Shown here: in pieces, positions 1 through 9,223 of the stretch
How the letters are laid out: the number at the start of each line of letters is the position of its first letter
Numbering within the stretch: the stretch's first letter is position 1
Source: Candidatus Zhuqueibacterota bacterium
Lineage (GTDB): Bacteria; BS750m-G25
Assembly: GCA_016783505.1 (NCBI GenBank)
Contig: JADHWK010000020.1
Coordinates: 1-38,080, forward strand
Reading direction: 5' to 3'
Length of the DNA stretch: 38,080 nucleotides
Notes under the pieces: model-generated
What the model saw: only the letters and a program-made list of their open reading frames with translations
What the model was told of the DNA's origin: nothing
The model's database searches: none
Position numbers and translations under genes: made by a program

Positions 1-282
1 AGCAGTGAGAAAATGGACCTGGGGAAATTGATGTTGGGTTTGGCATACCATATCAAAGCAATAATCTGCAGCGATTTTAATTGGAATCCCCTCAGGCAAC
101 AAGGAAATACTATTACCTCGACCCACACCGATATCTAAAGCGCATTTGAAAGATTTATACGGCAATGTCTGAAGTAAATATTGAATGGCCAGGTTTTCTT
201 TCTCAAGAAAGAACGAGAAACCCGGAATTTGACGAAGCGATTGATAAAATGACGATTGTAGTGTCCAGATAACCTTTGACAT
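1..282 (-). CDS. Class I SAM-dependent methyltransferase, N-terminal part (runs off the window edge; not in ORF track)
   Basis: Manual translation from ATG at 282: MSKVIWTLQSSFYQSLRQIPGFSFFLEKENLAIQYLLQTLPYKSFKCALDIGVGRGNSISLLPEGIPIKIAADYCFDMV... open to base 1; motif I LDIGVGRG followed by an acidic residue at the end of beta-2 (AAD). Confidence 0.8.
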   Translation of the reverse strand, partial: MSKVIWTLQSSFYQSLRQIPGFSFFLEKENLAIQYLLQTLPYKSFKCALDIGVGRGNSISLLPEGIPIKIAADYCFDMVCQTQHQFPQVHFLTA

Positions 283-696
283 AGTAAATGTAATTGTGAA
301 TTACTACATCAAAATCCTATTTTTCCGATAGACCATTTTGCGACCATACAACTTTTTATGAATGTGTTACCAGATAGCACGGGCCATGACTATTTTTTCG
401 AGGTCATTTCCTTATCTGATAAGATTGTCTAGCGGATTTTTTGACTAGCGCGGATAACCTCCTGCTCAATAAATGGCATTTAGCACCAATGATCTTGACT
501 ACCCGACCGAAAGCAGAATGCAAGGTTTATCTTCGGGGAAAGCTAGCAATTTTGAATTGTTTTGTAATCCAATCCCTAAGTTTATACATTTTCTTTATTA
601 CAATTATCTCTTTTGTTGCTTTTGTTACTTAAATTATTTTCTTAAGTATTTTTTTTGCACGAACCCTGATATGATGTTGATGACGTAGTCTAAAAC

Positions 697-1698
697 TCAG
701 GATTTCTTTTTTATCTGCTCAAGGGTTATTTCATAGAGCTTTTGTCCCAGTTCTCGCAAAGCGGTGGCATCTTTCACACCGGAAGCTAGGCGTATGGGTA
801 TGTCACCAAAGCCGTTGTGAGCCCCTGAAATAGCCCCGGCGATAGCTCCGGTGGTATCCACATCCCCCCCGGTAAGGATTACTTTGCTCAGGGTAGTGGT
901 GAAATCATCGGGGTGCATCAGAAAATAATAAAGCACTATTAGAACGGTAGGAATGACATAAGCGGTAATTCTACCGTTCCAGCTCCCCTTGAAGGAGTCG
1001 ATCTGGCCCAGATCTATGATGTGCTGAACGGCCTGTTCCTCATCTTCACCCAGCCATGTCCCCAGGTTTTTGATCTGGGCGGCGAACTCCTCGTTAATAT
1101 CCGAGCATACGCTATGGAGAAGGTCAATCAATTCCACGGGGTCAACCCTGGGATGGGTAATCCCGTAGGCTACTGTTGAGGCGACCACCGCAGCCCCGGC
1201 CACTGCCCGTCTATCCCTGTGGGTGATGATAGAAGCGATAGTGGCGCTTTCAGGGATCATTTCCGTCTCATCGAAGTGCCACAGGCCGATGGGACCGGCT
1301 CGCATGGCGGTGCCGTTGCCCGCCTGGCCCGGTGGGGCTCCACATTGGTCCCATGTTTTTTTGCCCTCTAAATACTCCCGCATGGCAAAGGACGAGGCCC
1401 CGCCGGCCCCGATAATCGTGCCCCTCTCCCAGAGTCTTGAAAACCGTCGAGTAATATCGGGACCATCTATCGCCCTTTTTGCGATAATGGATTCAGCCAG
1501 GACTATGGTGAGCTGGGTATCATCCGTGTATTGTCCTTTAGGATAAGTGGGCAGATCCCGAAATCCTGCCAGCAGCTCCTTGGCCGTCATCCCGGTGGGG
1601 ATACGCCGTCCCTCAAACGGCGCCCCCAAGGCGTCCCCCACCGCCGTCCCGATGATGCAGCCGGTAAACTTATTCTGAAGATCTGTAATCATGGGCAA
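697..1698 (-). CDS. ADP-ribosylglycohydrolase (DraG/ARH) family protein
   Basis: GDALGAP, YTDDTQ, GNGTAMR and GGDVDT metal-binding motifs; 333 aa. Confidence 0.93.
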   Translation of the reverse strand: MPMITDLQNKFTGCIIGTAVGDALGAPFEGRRIPTGMTAKELLAGFRDLPTYPKGQYTDDTQLTIVLAESIIAKRAIDGPDITRRFSRLWERGTIIGAGGASSFAMREYLEGKKTWDQCGAPPGQAGNGTAMRAGPIGLWHFDETEMIPESATIASIITHRDRRAVAGAAVVASTVAYGITHPRVDPVELIDLLHSVCSDINEEFAAQIKNLGTWLGEDEEQAVQHIIDLGQIDSFKGSWNGRITAYVIPTVLIVLYYFLMHPDDFTTTLSKVILTGGDVDTTGAIAGAISGAHNGFGDIPIRLASGVKDATALRELGQKLYEITLEQIKKKS

Positions 1699-1721
1699 CC
1701 CCTAATTTCTATGATTTCTCA

Positions 1722-2525
1722 CTAAATCGTTTGGAAGACGACTTCAAATTGGTCCCCAATGTTCATCCCCAGAGATTCACTGGCCCGGTTCTGTTTTAGT
1801 GATATCTCCAGAAAGCCCGTACTTCCCCACAGGGCGAAGGGGACCCCTTCTGTTCCCTCCTCATAACTGGAGAGAATTTTCCGGATTTTATGCCCTCTTA
1901 TGGAAAGGTTTATTTCATTTTCATAAAGCTGCGGAACATCCCTTTCCCGAACGTTAGTGATCATATTGCCAAAACGGTCAATGTGAACGACCCTGCCGAT
2001 GATCTTTTGTCCCCGTCTTTGGGGAAAGAGATCGCCCAACTCCTGGATTTCGGGGATGGGAGGGCCGAAGTCTTCTACTGGAATCCCCAGGGATAGGTGA
2101 GCAGCCGCCGGGCTGAAGATGTCCCGACCGTGAAAGGTAGAACTGATCCCGGGGAGGGAATAGGTTTGGTTGGAGATTTCAACGATTTTTCTAGGTCTTT
2201 CCTCATCCAATACCAGGGTGAGCACCCCATTATCCGGACCTATGAAGCAGTAGTTATCTGTCTTAACCACAATCGCCCTGCGACCCCCCCCTACTCCGGG
2301 ATCAATAACGACGAGATGAATCGTCCCCCTGGGAAAGAAATAGTAGGCCGAATAGACCTGGTAGGCCCCGCTTAAGATACAATGACTCTTTACTCCGTGG
2401 GTTAAATCCACAATCTGTGCCCGGGGATTGATCTTTAAGATAACCCCCTTCATTACGCCTACATAAGGGTCATGGTAGCCAAAATCGGTGGTCAGGGTAA
2501 TAACGCGAGAGGTCATATTATTCAA
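1722..2525 (-). CDS. SAM hydroxide adenosyltransferase (DUF62, chlorinase/fluorinase superfamily)
   Basis: LTTDFG, VIDPGVGGGRR, GPDNG, STFHGRDIF, DRFGN motifs; the Asp-Arg-His pattern points to the SAM hydrolase rather than halogenase subtype. Confidence 0.93.
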   Translation of the reverse strand: MNNMTSRVITLTTDFGYHDPYVGVMKGVILKINPRAQIVDLTHGVKSHCILSGAYQVYSAYYFFPRGTIHLVVIDPGVGGGRRAIVVKTDNYCFIGPDNGVLTLVLDEERPRKIVEISNQTYSLPGISSTFHGRDIFSPAAAHLSLGIPVEDFGPPIPEIQELGDLFPQRRGQKIIGRVVHIDRFGNMITNVRERDVPQLYENEINLSIRGHKIRKILSSYEEGTEGVPFALWGSTGFLEISLKQNRASESLGMNIGDQFEVVFQTI

Positions 2526-2539
2526 GTTAATAATCGGAA

Positions 2540-2726
2540 TTGTTTAGCTATCTGAAGTTGGAAAGTAGCAGAGGAGATAAGGAGCAGGGGAGAAAAAAAT
2601 CCCTATTTTCTTTTCCCACTTGTTCCTCCCTGGCCGTGGCCGGCTACGGGCAGGCTGCCCCCTTGCACCCCTGCTCTTCAATTCTGATAACTTCTTATTC
2701 GTTATCAACTTCACATAGTTAAACTG
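2540..2726. mobile_element. MITE-like element, copy A (21-bp imperfect terminal inverted repeats)
   Basis: Left end ttgtttagctatctgaagttg (2540-2560) is the inverted complement of caacttcacatagttaaactg (2706-2726); both ends recur in reverse orientation at 17552-17681. Confidence 0.75.
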
Positions 2727-2729
2727 ATA

Positions 2730-3098
2730 CTAATACTCAATATTTTCGGGCATCTTTTGGCTGAAAGGAATATGGGCGGGCGCTTTGAAAATACGTGTGG
2801 TCATAATCTCTATCATGAGCCCGTATGCCAGACTTAATAGCAATAATTGGACAGTATGCTGGGGCCAGAAGAGGACGATAATAGGCAGGCTACCCACCAG
2901 ACCCATTAGTACTCCGTGCAAGGTGTGATGAAGTTTAAGCCGACTGATCCCGATCATAAAACCGATCAAACCCCGGCTGGTCACGATAAACCAGAAATGG
3001 GCCGCTCCCACATCCTCCCAGCCCCCCTTGGTGATGCGGACCGCCTCGTAAAACCCAGCCGCCAGGGCCAGGATGATGGGAATTAACAGCCGTTTCAT
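2730..3098 (-). CDS. Small integral membrane hypothetical protein (about 4 TM helices)
   Basis: 122 aa, hydrophobic with Gly-rich helices (RGLIGFMIGIS, HGVLMGLVGSLP); purine-rich RBS (GAAGGGAGGGAA) upstream. Confidence 0.75.
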   Translation of the reverse strand: MKRLLIPIILALAAGFYEAVRITKGGWEDVGAAHFWFIVTSRGLIGFMIGISRLKLHHTLHGVLMGLVGSLPIIVLFWPQHTVQLLLLSLAYGLMIEIMTTRIFKAPAHIPFSQKMPENIEY

Positions 3099-3191
3099 TG
3101 GCGTTCCCTCCCTTCGGGAAAATATTCCGGGTTTAAAAACCCGGAAGAAATGTCGTCCCCAAGCTTTTGGATGTCACATCCGCTCTGGGAC

Positions 3192-3524
3192 CTAAGCCCG
3201 GGCGGGCCGGTATTGAACATCTTGGACTTCCACATCCACTTTACCTACCCCGGAAATAGCGTTTATCTTCCGGTCCACCTCTTCGGCGATCTCCCTTAAT
3301 ATCTCATCCCGGCGGGGGTGGCACATCCAGTGGATGATGGGTCGATGGAAGACCAATTTCACCGAGATATCGTTCCCCACCGCCCCTACATCCTGGACGA
3401 TACCGAAGGATACGATGTTCCGGGAATAACCGGGGTATTTGATCCCGGAAAGCAACCTTAAAACTTCATCCTTGGAGATCATTTTGACCGGTTTCCTTTT
3501 ACGATTATTGTTTTTCCCCATCAT
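3192..3524 (-). CDS. Stand-alone DUF59/MIP18 (FeS assembly P) domain protein, Mrp/ApbC N-terminal-like; start may be 3482
   Basis: MISKDEVLRLLSGIKYPGYSRNIVSFGIVQDV...AISGVGKVDVEV matches the Mrp/ApbC N-terminal DUF59 pattern; no P-loop ATPase domain follows. Confidence 0.8.
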   Translation of the reverse strand: MMGKNNNRKRKPVKMISKDEVLRLLSGIKYPGYSRNIVSFGIVQDVGAVGNDISVKLVFHRPIIHWMCHPRRDEILREIAEEVDRKINAISGVGKVDVEVQDVQYRPARA

Positions 3525-3536
3525 TGATGACCCCGT

Positions 3537-3878
3537 TTACCCTCGATAGCCCCGCTTATATTTCCATTCCCTTTCGTAAATTTTCATTAAAACCTTTGCG
3601 TACTCCTTTTCAAACCCCTTTTCCCAAAAATCCTTTGCGATGGGATTGTCCTTATACCTTTCTCTCATGAATTCCCGGTTCTCTTTCCGGGTTCCCTCGT
3701 CCCACTTTTTGATCTCGGGCAAAACGTACCGATAAATCTGGGAAGAGAACCCCCGCTCCTGCAGGGCCTTTACGAATTCCTTCTCGGGTAACACGAAAAT
3801 ATTACCCGTATAGTGGTATCTTTTGTTAGGTAGAGCGAACCTATCCATAAACTGCCAAAAACGGGTCGGTGCGATCAT
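3537..3878 (-). CDS. Hypothetical protein (charged and aromatic-rich, 113 aa)
   Basis: Open frame with RBS AAGAGGGAA upstream; ends 12 bp before the DUF59 ORF; no family recognised. Confidence 0.6.
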   Translation of the reverse strand: MIAPTRFWQFMDRFALPNKRYHYTGNIFVLPEKEFVKALQERGFSSQIYRYVLPEIKKWDEGTRKENREFMRERYKDNPIAKDFWEKGFEKEYAKVLMKIYEREWKYKRGYRG

Positions 3879-3932
3879 TATTCCCTCTTTTGTTTCACTT
3901 TTTTCAATATTTCAGAACCCATGTTGGGGTTA

Positions 3933-3950
3933 ATCCCGATGTTTCGGGAT
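3933..3950. repeat. Mini-palindrome ATCCCGA-N4-TCGGGAT, copy 1 of 5
   Basis: atcccga tgtt tcgggat. Confidence 0.8.
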
Positions 3951-4099
3951 TTTACCTGCCCAACAGCAGGCGGGTAAAAGACTGATGCATTAACTCCTTG
4001 AAATTCAAGGTATTAAACTCGCTTGTCATGGGTTTTATCGGATGGTAATCAATTACCATCCTAAATACCTCTCGGTAAATCCAATAATTTGGATTGACC

Positions 4100-4117
4100 A
4101 TCCCGATTTGTCGGAAT
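4100..4117. repeat. Mini-palindrome, copy 2 (one mismatch)
   Basis: atcccga tttg tcggaat. Confidence 0.65.
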
Positions 4118-4160
4118 TACTGTAGAAAAAATAGGATGGGAATTGATTCATATCCGACAT

Positions 4161-5150
4161 TTACCGATAACTCTGCAAATTCCTGATATAACAAGCGCGT
4201 TCGAATGCGTCCGGGTTAGCCACTGATTTCTGACTCATGCTGCCTTTTAGCTGGCTAACAGAGGTATATTCATGTTCCTCCATCCAGCACTGCATGTCCT
4301 TCAGGATATCACTGATCCGGGCAATCCCATTCTTTAACAGAGTCGAGCAGACCATGGTAACATCAGCGCCGACCATAAGCATCTTCAATACAGATTCCGC
4401 GTTGTGAATCCCGCCGGTAGCGGCAAGGTTGGCATTGACATGACCATAGAGGATAGCAATCCAACGCAGCGGCAATCGCATATCCTGGGGCGTACTCAGC
4501 AGGATATTAGGCACAACTTCCAGTTTTTCCAGGTCAATGTCCGGTTGGTAAAACCGATTGAATAAAACAAGGGCATCGGCTCCGATTTCGTCCAGCTTTC
4601 TGGCTATCATGGGCATCGAGCTGAAAAAAGGACTCAACTTTATGGCAATTGGGATGGTCGCGATGCTCTTAATGGACTTCAGAATTTCCAAGTAAATCCT
4701 CTCAACATCTGCGGCCGATCGCTTATAATCGGTTGGGATGTAATAGATGTTCAGCTCCAGTGCATCAGCCCCCGCCTCTTCGATCTTACGGGCATAATCT
4801 ATCCAGCCCCCGGTGGTTACCCCGTTTAGACTTCCAATCACAGGGATACCAACCGTTTCCTTCACTTTTCGGATATACTCGAGGTACTCTTCAGGACCGA
4901 GGACGTATTTATCTGTTTCCGGGAAGTAGGTCAGGGCCTCGGCAAAACTCTCTGTTCCCTGGGTGGTATGATAATAAAGTTCCCACTCCTCTTGGGCGAT
5001 TTGTTCCTCAAAGAGGGAATGCAAAACTACCGCCGCCGCCCCAGCATCCTCCATCGCCTTTATATTGTGGATTTCCTCGGAAAGTGGTGAAGCCGAGGGC
5101 ACCAACGGGTTCTTCAGCGGGAGCCCCATATATTTGGTTGATAGGTCCAT
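4161..5150 (-). CDS. Dihydroorotate dehydrogenase-like FMN protein (PFOR-associated type)
   Basis: MDLSTKYMGLPLKNPLVPSASPLS, SLFEEQI, KLSPFF, LFNRFYQPDID, ATGGIH; ELNIYY replaces the catalytic ELNxSCPN loop. Confidence 0.9.
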   Translation of the reverse strand: MDLSTKYMGLPLKNPLVPSASPLSEEIHNIKAMEDAGAAAVVLHSLFEEQIAQEEWELYYHTTQGTESFAEALTYFPETDKYVLGPEEYLEYIRKVKETVGIPVIGSLNGVTTGGWIDYARKIEEAGADALELNIYYIPTDYKRSAADVERIYLEILKSIKSIATIPIAIKLSPFFSSMPMIARKLDEIGADALVLFNRFYQPDIDLEKLEVVPNILLSTPQDMRLPLRWIAILYGHVNANLAATGGIHNAESVLKMLMVGADVTMVCSTLLKNGIARISDILKDMQCWMEEHEYTSVSQLKGSMSQKSVANPDAFERACYIRNLQSYR

Positions 5151-5474
5151 TTCATTTTCCTCCTCTGAAATCTTAACTGCTCAGCCACAAAAACAGCAAG
5201 ATTATAGAATAATTCCTTTAATAGAACTTAGCCCCTTAGAGGCAATTCATCAATCCTTAGTCACTCAGGGAAACTCTGTAACATTCGGTTACGTCAATTC
5301 GTCAGGCGCCGGACTGAAGGGTTGCGGTTGCCGGACAACCGATAACCTTTTTACGCAACCTATAAGTCGTCAGGCGGTTGCCTGATGACCAACTAATTTT
5401 GTTAAACTCAATTCTTACAAATTCCCAGACGTACATTTACTCCTTTGTGCCTTGGTGACTTCGTGGCTAAACTA

Positions 5475-8400
5475 CTACCCGAAATTCATGTTAGCCATTT
5501 GTTCGTAGAGCTTCCAGCGGTTATCCGTTTCCTTTTGAGCGCGTTCCATCAGGCGTTTAGCCGCTTCAGGATGGCTCTTGGTTAACATCTTAAACCGGGT
5601 TTCCAGGTAAGCGTATTCCTTCACCGTGATCTTCGGTGGCTTCGAATCGAGAATGAGTGGATTTTGGCCCTCCTTGGCCCGTTCTGGATTGTAGCGGTAC
5701 AGGGGCCAAGTGCCGCTTTCTACCGCCGCCTGCTGGTGCTCCATTCCTTTGCCCATATCAATGCCGTGGGCGATACAGTGGCAATAGGCGATGATCAGGG
5801 AGGGACCGTCGTAGGCTTCGGCTTCTATTATGGCGCGGACAGTTTGGGCATCATTAGCGCCCATGGCAATCTGGGCCACATAAACATAACCATAGTTCAT
5901 GACCATCATTCCCAGGTCTTTGCGGGGCTGCGGTTTGCCGGCGGCGGCAAACTTGGCCACCGCCCCCAGCGGGGTCGCCTTCGAGCATTGACCGCCAGTG
6001 TTGGAATACACCCCAGTATCCAAAACCAATAGATTCACGTTGCGGCCGGATGCCAGAACGTGATCCAGACCGCCGTAGCCGATGTCGTAAGCCCAGCCGT
6101 CCCCCCCCATGGCCCATACACTCTTTTTCACTAAGGAGTCGGCTATACTGGACAGGTTTTTGGCGTAGATTGAATCCAGCTTTTCCAGTTTCTTTTTTAA
6201 CCGCTCGACCCGCTGGCGCTGAGCCCCAATTCCGGCTTCATCGGATTGATCGGCCTCCCGAATGACCCTCACCAGATCTTCACCAATTTGAACTATTAGC
6301 TTTTCTAGCAGCTCCAATGCAAATTCCTTTTGTTTATCTAAGGTTAGTCGGAAACCAAAGGCAAACTCGGCACACTCTTCGAACAGGGAATTATTCCAGG
6401 CTGGTCCCCGGCCATCCTTGTTTATTGCCCAGGGGGTGGTCGGTAGATTGCCCCCATAGATAGAGGAGCATCCCGTAGCGTTGCCAATGATGGCCCGATC
6501 GCCGAAAAGCTGACTGATAAGCTTAACATACGGGGTTTCGCCGCATCCCGCACAGGCACCCGAATACTCAAAAAGGGGCTGAAGGAACTGCGAACCTTTG
6601 ACGGAATTGATTTTTACACGACTCCGGTCCACATCCGGTATCTTTAAGAAAAATTCGTAGTTCTTGCGTTCTTGATAACGCAGCGGAGGCTGGGGAATCA
6701 TATTGATGGCCCTCAGACGTGTATCCTGTTTGTTTTTGACAGGACAGACCTCCACGCACAATTCGCATCCGGTGCAGTCCTCCGGGGCCACCTGGAGGGT
6801 ATATTTCATACCCTTGAAGTCCTTGGCCCGATAATCGGCAGACCTGAAGGTTTCCGGGGCCTTTCCCAGATATTTCTCGTCATAGACCTTGGGACGGATG
6901 GCAGCATGGGGGCAGACCAACGAACATTTGCCGCACTGGATGCATATCTTCTCGTCCCAAACCGGGATTTCCAGGGCGATATTCCGCTTCTCCCATTGGG
7001 TGGTAGCGATTGCGAAGGTCCCATCTTCTGGCATAGCTCCGACGGGCAACGCCTCCCCATCGGCAGAGATGATCTTGGCCAGTACGTTTTTGACATAGTC
7101 CGGTGCCCCATCGGACACCACCGGGGGCATTTCAATTCTGCTGGTAACCCGGTCATGAACCGGAATCTCGTGCAGGTTGACCAGGGCCTGATCCACGGCG
7201 TTGAAGTTCATTCGAACGACCTTATCACCCTTACCCCCATAGGTCTTTTTAATGGAATCCTTGATGGCCTGAATGGCTTCGTCCTTGGGCAGCACCCCGG
7301 ATATGGCAAAGAAGCAGGTCTGCATGATGGTGTTGATGCGCTGTCCCATGCCGGTCTCCTTGGCAACCTTATATCCATCAATGATATAGAATTTCATCTT
7401 CTTTTCGATAAGCTGCTTTTGAACCTTCTTTGGAAGCGTATCCCATACCCCTTCCGGTTTCGCCTGGGTATTCAGAAGGAAAGTCGCCCCTTCTACCGCA
7501 TCTCGCAACATATCGTACTTTTCCAGAAAAACTGTCTGATGGCAGGCGATGAAATTCGCCTTGTTTATCAGATAGCTCGAATGGATGGGGCGCGGCCCAA
7601 ACCGTAAATGTGATGTGGTCCTGGCCCCGGCCTTCCTCGAATCGTAAACGAAATATCCCTGGGCATAATAATCGGTCCCTTCCCCGATGATCTTGATAGA
7701 GTTCTTATTGGCGCTAACTGTTCCATCCGCCCCAAGCCCGAAAAACAGGCCCCTGATGACATCATCGCCTTCAGTGGTAAACGATGGGTCATAGCTTAAG
7801 CTGGTATGTGTAATGTCGTCTTCAATCCCGATGGTGAAGCGATTTTTCGGTGTCTCTTTCGCCAATTCGTCAAAGACCCCTTTTACCATGGCCGGGGTGA
7901 ACTCCTTGGAAGATAAGCCATAGCGGCCGCCGATGATCCGGGGGAATTTATCGAATGGGGGTGTTCCCGAGGCCATTGATTCGCTGATGGCAGTAACTAC
8001 GTCCTTGTAGAGCGGCTCACCCTCAGCACCCGGTTCTTTAGTCCGATCCAGGACAGCAATGGCTTTCACCGTGGTTGGAAGGGCATTAATGAAATGTTTG
8101 GTCGAGAAAGGGCGGTAGAGACGAACCTTTAGTAAGCCAACTTTTTCACCCTTAGCCTCAAGATATTCCACGGTTTCAAGGGCGGCTTCGGCCCCGGATC
8201 CCATCATCACGATTACCCTCTCCGCATTCTCAGGACCAACATAATCAAAGATGTGATAACGCCGTCCAACTATCCCAGCAAACTTATCCATCGTCTCTTG
8301 AACGATCTCTGTACAGGCAAGGTAGTAAGGGTTGCAACGCTCCCGGGCCTGGAAAAAGACGTCCGGATTCTGGGATGAACCCCTGAGGACAGGATGTTCC

Positions 8401-9038
8401 GGCGACATGGCGCGTCTCCGGTGGGCGATAACCAGATCATCGTCAATCATAGCCCGTATCTCATCGTCACTTAAGGCCTCAATCTTCTGAACCTCATGGG
8501 AAATACGGAATCCCTCGAAAAAATGGACGAAAGGAACCCGGGCTTTAAGTGACGCCGCCTGTGTGATCAGCGCCAAGTCCATAACTTCCTGCACTGAATT
8601 GGAGGCCATCAGGCCAAAGCCCGTTGATCTGACCGCCATGACGTCGGAGTGGTCTCCGAAGATGGAGAGGGCGTGGGTGGCAACGGTGCGGGCCGAAACA
8701 TAAAAGACTGTTGGCGTCAGTTCGCCGGCGATCTTAAACATGCTGGGTATCATCAGAAGTAACCCCTGGGATGCCGTGAAGGTGGTGGTCAATGAACCGG
8801 TTTGCAGAGCACCGTGCACGGCAGCCGATGCTCCGCCCTCTGACTGCATCTCAACTACCTGGGGCACAGTCCCCCAGATGTTGGTCCGTCCGGAAGCAGA
8901 CCAAGCATCGGCCCATTCCCCCATATTGGAAGAAGGAGTAATGGGGTAGATAGCGATTACCTCGTTGATCTTATGTGCCACATACGCTGCTGCTTCGTTA
9001 CCGTCAATTGTTACCTTTTTTGCCTTGTCATTAGACAT
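5475..9038 (-). CDS. nifJ: Pyruvate:ferredoxin (flavodoxin) oxidoreductase, homodimeric type
   Basis: AIYPITPSS, EMQSEGG, two 4Fe-4S motifs (CIQCGKCSLVCP, CTGCELCVEVCP), CAGCGE, NATGCSS and the GGDGWAYDIG TPP motif; 1187 aa. Confidence 0.98.
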   Translation of the reverse strand: MSNDKAKKVTIDGNEAAAYVAHKINEVIAIYPITPSSNMGEWADAWSASGRTNIWGTVPQVVEMQSEGGASAAVHGALQTGSLTTTFTASQGLLLMIPSMFKIAGELTPTVFYVSARTVATHALSIFGDHSDVMAVRSTGFGLMASNSVQEVMDLALITQAASLKARVPFVHFFEGFRISHEVQKIEALSDDEIRAMIDDDLVIAHRRRAMSPEHPVLRGSSQNPDVFFQARERCNPYYLACTEIVQETMDKFAGIVGRRYHIFDYVGPENAERVIVMMGSGAEAALETVEYLEAKGEKVGLLKVRLYRPFSTKHFINALPTTVKAIAVLDRTKEPGAEGEPLYKDVVTAISESMASGTPPFDKFPRIIGGRYGLSSKEFTPAMVKGVFDELAKETPKNRFTIGIEDDITHTSLSYDPSFTTEGDDVIRGLFFGLGADGTVSANKNSIKIIGEGTDYYAQGYFVYDSRKAGARTTSHLRFGPRPIHSSYLINKANFIACHQTVFLEKYDMLRDAVEGATFLLNTQAKPEGVWDTLPKKVQKQLIEKKMKFYIIDGYKVAKETGMGQRINTIMQTCFFAISGVLPKDEAIQAIKDSIKKTYGGKGDKVVRMNFNAVDQALVNLHEIPVHDRVTSRIEMPPVVSDGAPDYVKNVLAKIISADGEALPVGAMPEDGTFAIATTQWEKRNIALEIPVWDEKICIQCGKCSLVCPHAAIRPKVYDEKYLGKAPETFRSADYRAKDFKGMKYTLQVAPEDCTGCELCVEVCPVKNKQDTRLRAINMIPQPPLRYQERKNYEFFLKIPDVDRSRVKINSVKGSQFLQPLFEYSGACAGCGETPYVKLISQLFGDRAIIGNATGCSSIYGGNLPTTPWAINKDGRGPAWNNSLFEECAEFAFGFRLTLDKQKEFALELLEKLIVQIGEDLVRVIREADQSDEAGIGAQRQRVERLKKKLEKLDSIYAKNLSSIADSLVKKSVWAMGGDGWAYDIGYGGLDHVLASGRNVNLLVLDTGVYSNTGGQCSKATPLGAVAKFAAAGKPQPRKDLGMMVMNYGYVYVAQIAMGANDAQTVRAIIEAEAYDGPSLIIAYCHCIAHGIDMGKGMEHQQAAVESGTWPLYRYNPERAKEGQNPLILDSKPPKITVKEYAYLETRFKMLTKSHPEAAKRLMERAQKETDNRWKLYEQMANMNFG

Positions 9039-9117
9039 GTCTTACCTCCTCTATCTGTAAGATTGTATTTCTCTCGATACCATTCATAACCTATATTATG
9101 AAAAATTAGGTAATCGT

Positions 9118-9179
9118 CTGGAGTTACCCGTTTACGGGTTTATTGATATTATTTTAAACCTCTAAAGAGGTAACTCCAG
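9118..9179. repeat. REP-like composite palindrome upstream of nifJ
   Basis: ctggagttacc...ggtaactccag outer inverted repeat enclosing hairpins acccgtttacgggt and acctctaaagaggt; the ctctaaagag core recurs near 29689 and, inverted, near 31480. Confidence 0.7.
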
Positions 9180-9223
9180 CGCTTTTTCAACAGAATAATT
9201 GATTCCTTTGTGAATTATTGGGC

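Noticed and set aside
330-430. Possible SAM-I riboswitch upstream of the methyltransferase (CTTATC...TGGCCCG...GGTAAC, with small stems)
   Set aside because: Lacks the AUC-AAGAG, GAGGGA and GCAACC core and a closing P1; an Rfam scan would settle it.
441-688. Two short plus-strand ORFs
   Set aside because: AT-rich low-complexity translations without RBS or family signal.
1722-2525. Fluorinase or chlorinase natural-product cluster
   Set aside because: Motifs fit the widespread SAM hydrolase subtype and no biosynthetic genes are nearby.
6672-7607. 311-aa plus-strand ORF
   Set aside because: Antisense shadow of nifJ with no recognisable motifs; the same applies to the other plus-strand ORFs in the track.
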